DNA of 64,000 nucleotides, from positions 16,988,001 to 17,052,000 of the forward strand of contig NC_042999.1 of NCBI RefSeq assembly GCF_006345805.1, given 5' to 3'. The notes below the pieces were generated by a model. The model was given only the letters and a program-made list of their open reading frames with translations. It did no database searches and was not told the DNA's origin. Position numbers and translations under genes: made by a program. This DNA is from Octopus sinensis. Its lineage: Eukaryota. Of the stretch, positions 63,450 to 64,000 are shown piece by piece. Positions within the stretch are counted from its first letter, which is position 1; the number at the start of each line of letters is the position of its first letter.

Positions 63450-63498
<49 letters not shown>

Positions 63499-63500
<2 letters not shown>

Positions 63501-64000
63501 GGTGGTGAACTGGCAGAATTGTTAGTACGATGGACGAAATGCTTAGCCATATTTCGCCTGTCGCTACGCTCTGAGTTTAAATTCCGCCGAAGTCGACTTG
63601 CCTTTTAACCTTTCGGGGTCGATAAATTAAGCACCAGTAGCGTACTAGAGTAGATCTAATCGATTGGCCCCCTCCTCCAAAATTTCAGGTCTTGTGCCAA
63701 GAGTAGAAAAGACTATTATTATTATTATTAATGGCAATAAGGCGAACTGGCAGAATCGTTAGCACGCTGGACGAAATGCTTAGCGGTATTTCGCCAGTCG
63801 TTACGTTGTGAGTTCAAATTCCGCCGAGGTCAACTTTGCCTTTCATCCTTTCGGGGTCGATAAATTAAGTACCAGTTACGCTCTGGGGTCGATATAATCG
63901 ACTTAATACCTATGTCTGTCCTTGTTTGTCCCCTCTATGTTTAGCCCCTTGTGGGTAATAAAGAAATAGGTATTTCGCCAGTCGCTACGTTCTGAATTCA
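63499..64000 (+). mobile_element. Family A SINEs: tail B monomer, then a tandem multimer running off the window
   Basis: Consensus match; restart at AGGTATTTCGCCAG (~63968). Confidence 0.9.

Overview
AT-rich eukaryotic DNA made almost entirely of mobile-element debris and microsatellites. The SINE families point to an octopus (cephalopod) genome; this is inferred from recognition, not searched. No host gene, rRNA, genuine tRNA or CRISPR array is supported. The window holds three tRNA-derived SINE families, Tc1 and mariner relics, several MITE/foldback elements, and CR1, RTE, R4/Dong-like and L1/Tx1 LINE fragments. Main points of interest: (1) a SINE copy at ~58.43-58.66 kb with about 20 clustered A>G changes on its antisense strand, the signature of adenosine-deaminase hyper-editing fixed in the genome; (2) a ~482-bp tandem array (1-1916) with a complete type I hammerhead ribozyme in every unit, plus at least six further dispersed minimal hammerheads; (3) a TSD-bounded, ORF1-only L1/Tx1-type retroelement (21.2-25.6 kb) whose 5' region is a 28-bp promoter-motif array interrupted by a truncated ORF2-coding LINE. 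That element, the inserted LINE and the dominant SINE share one 3' tail. All alignments, counts and folds were done by eye.
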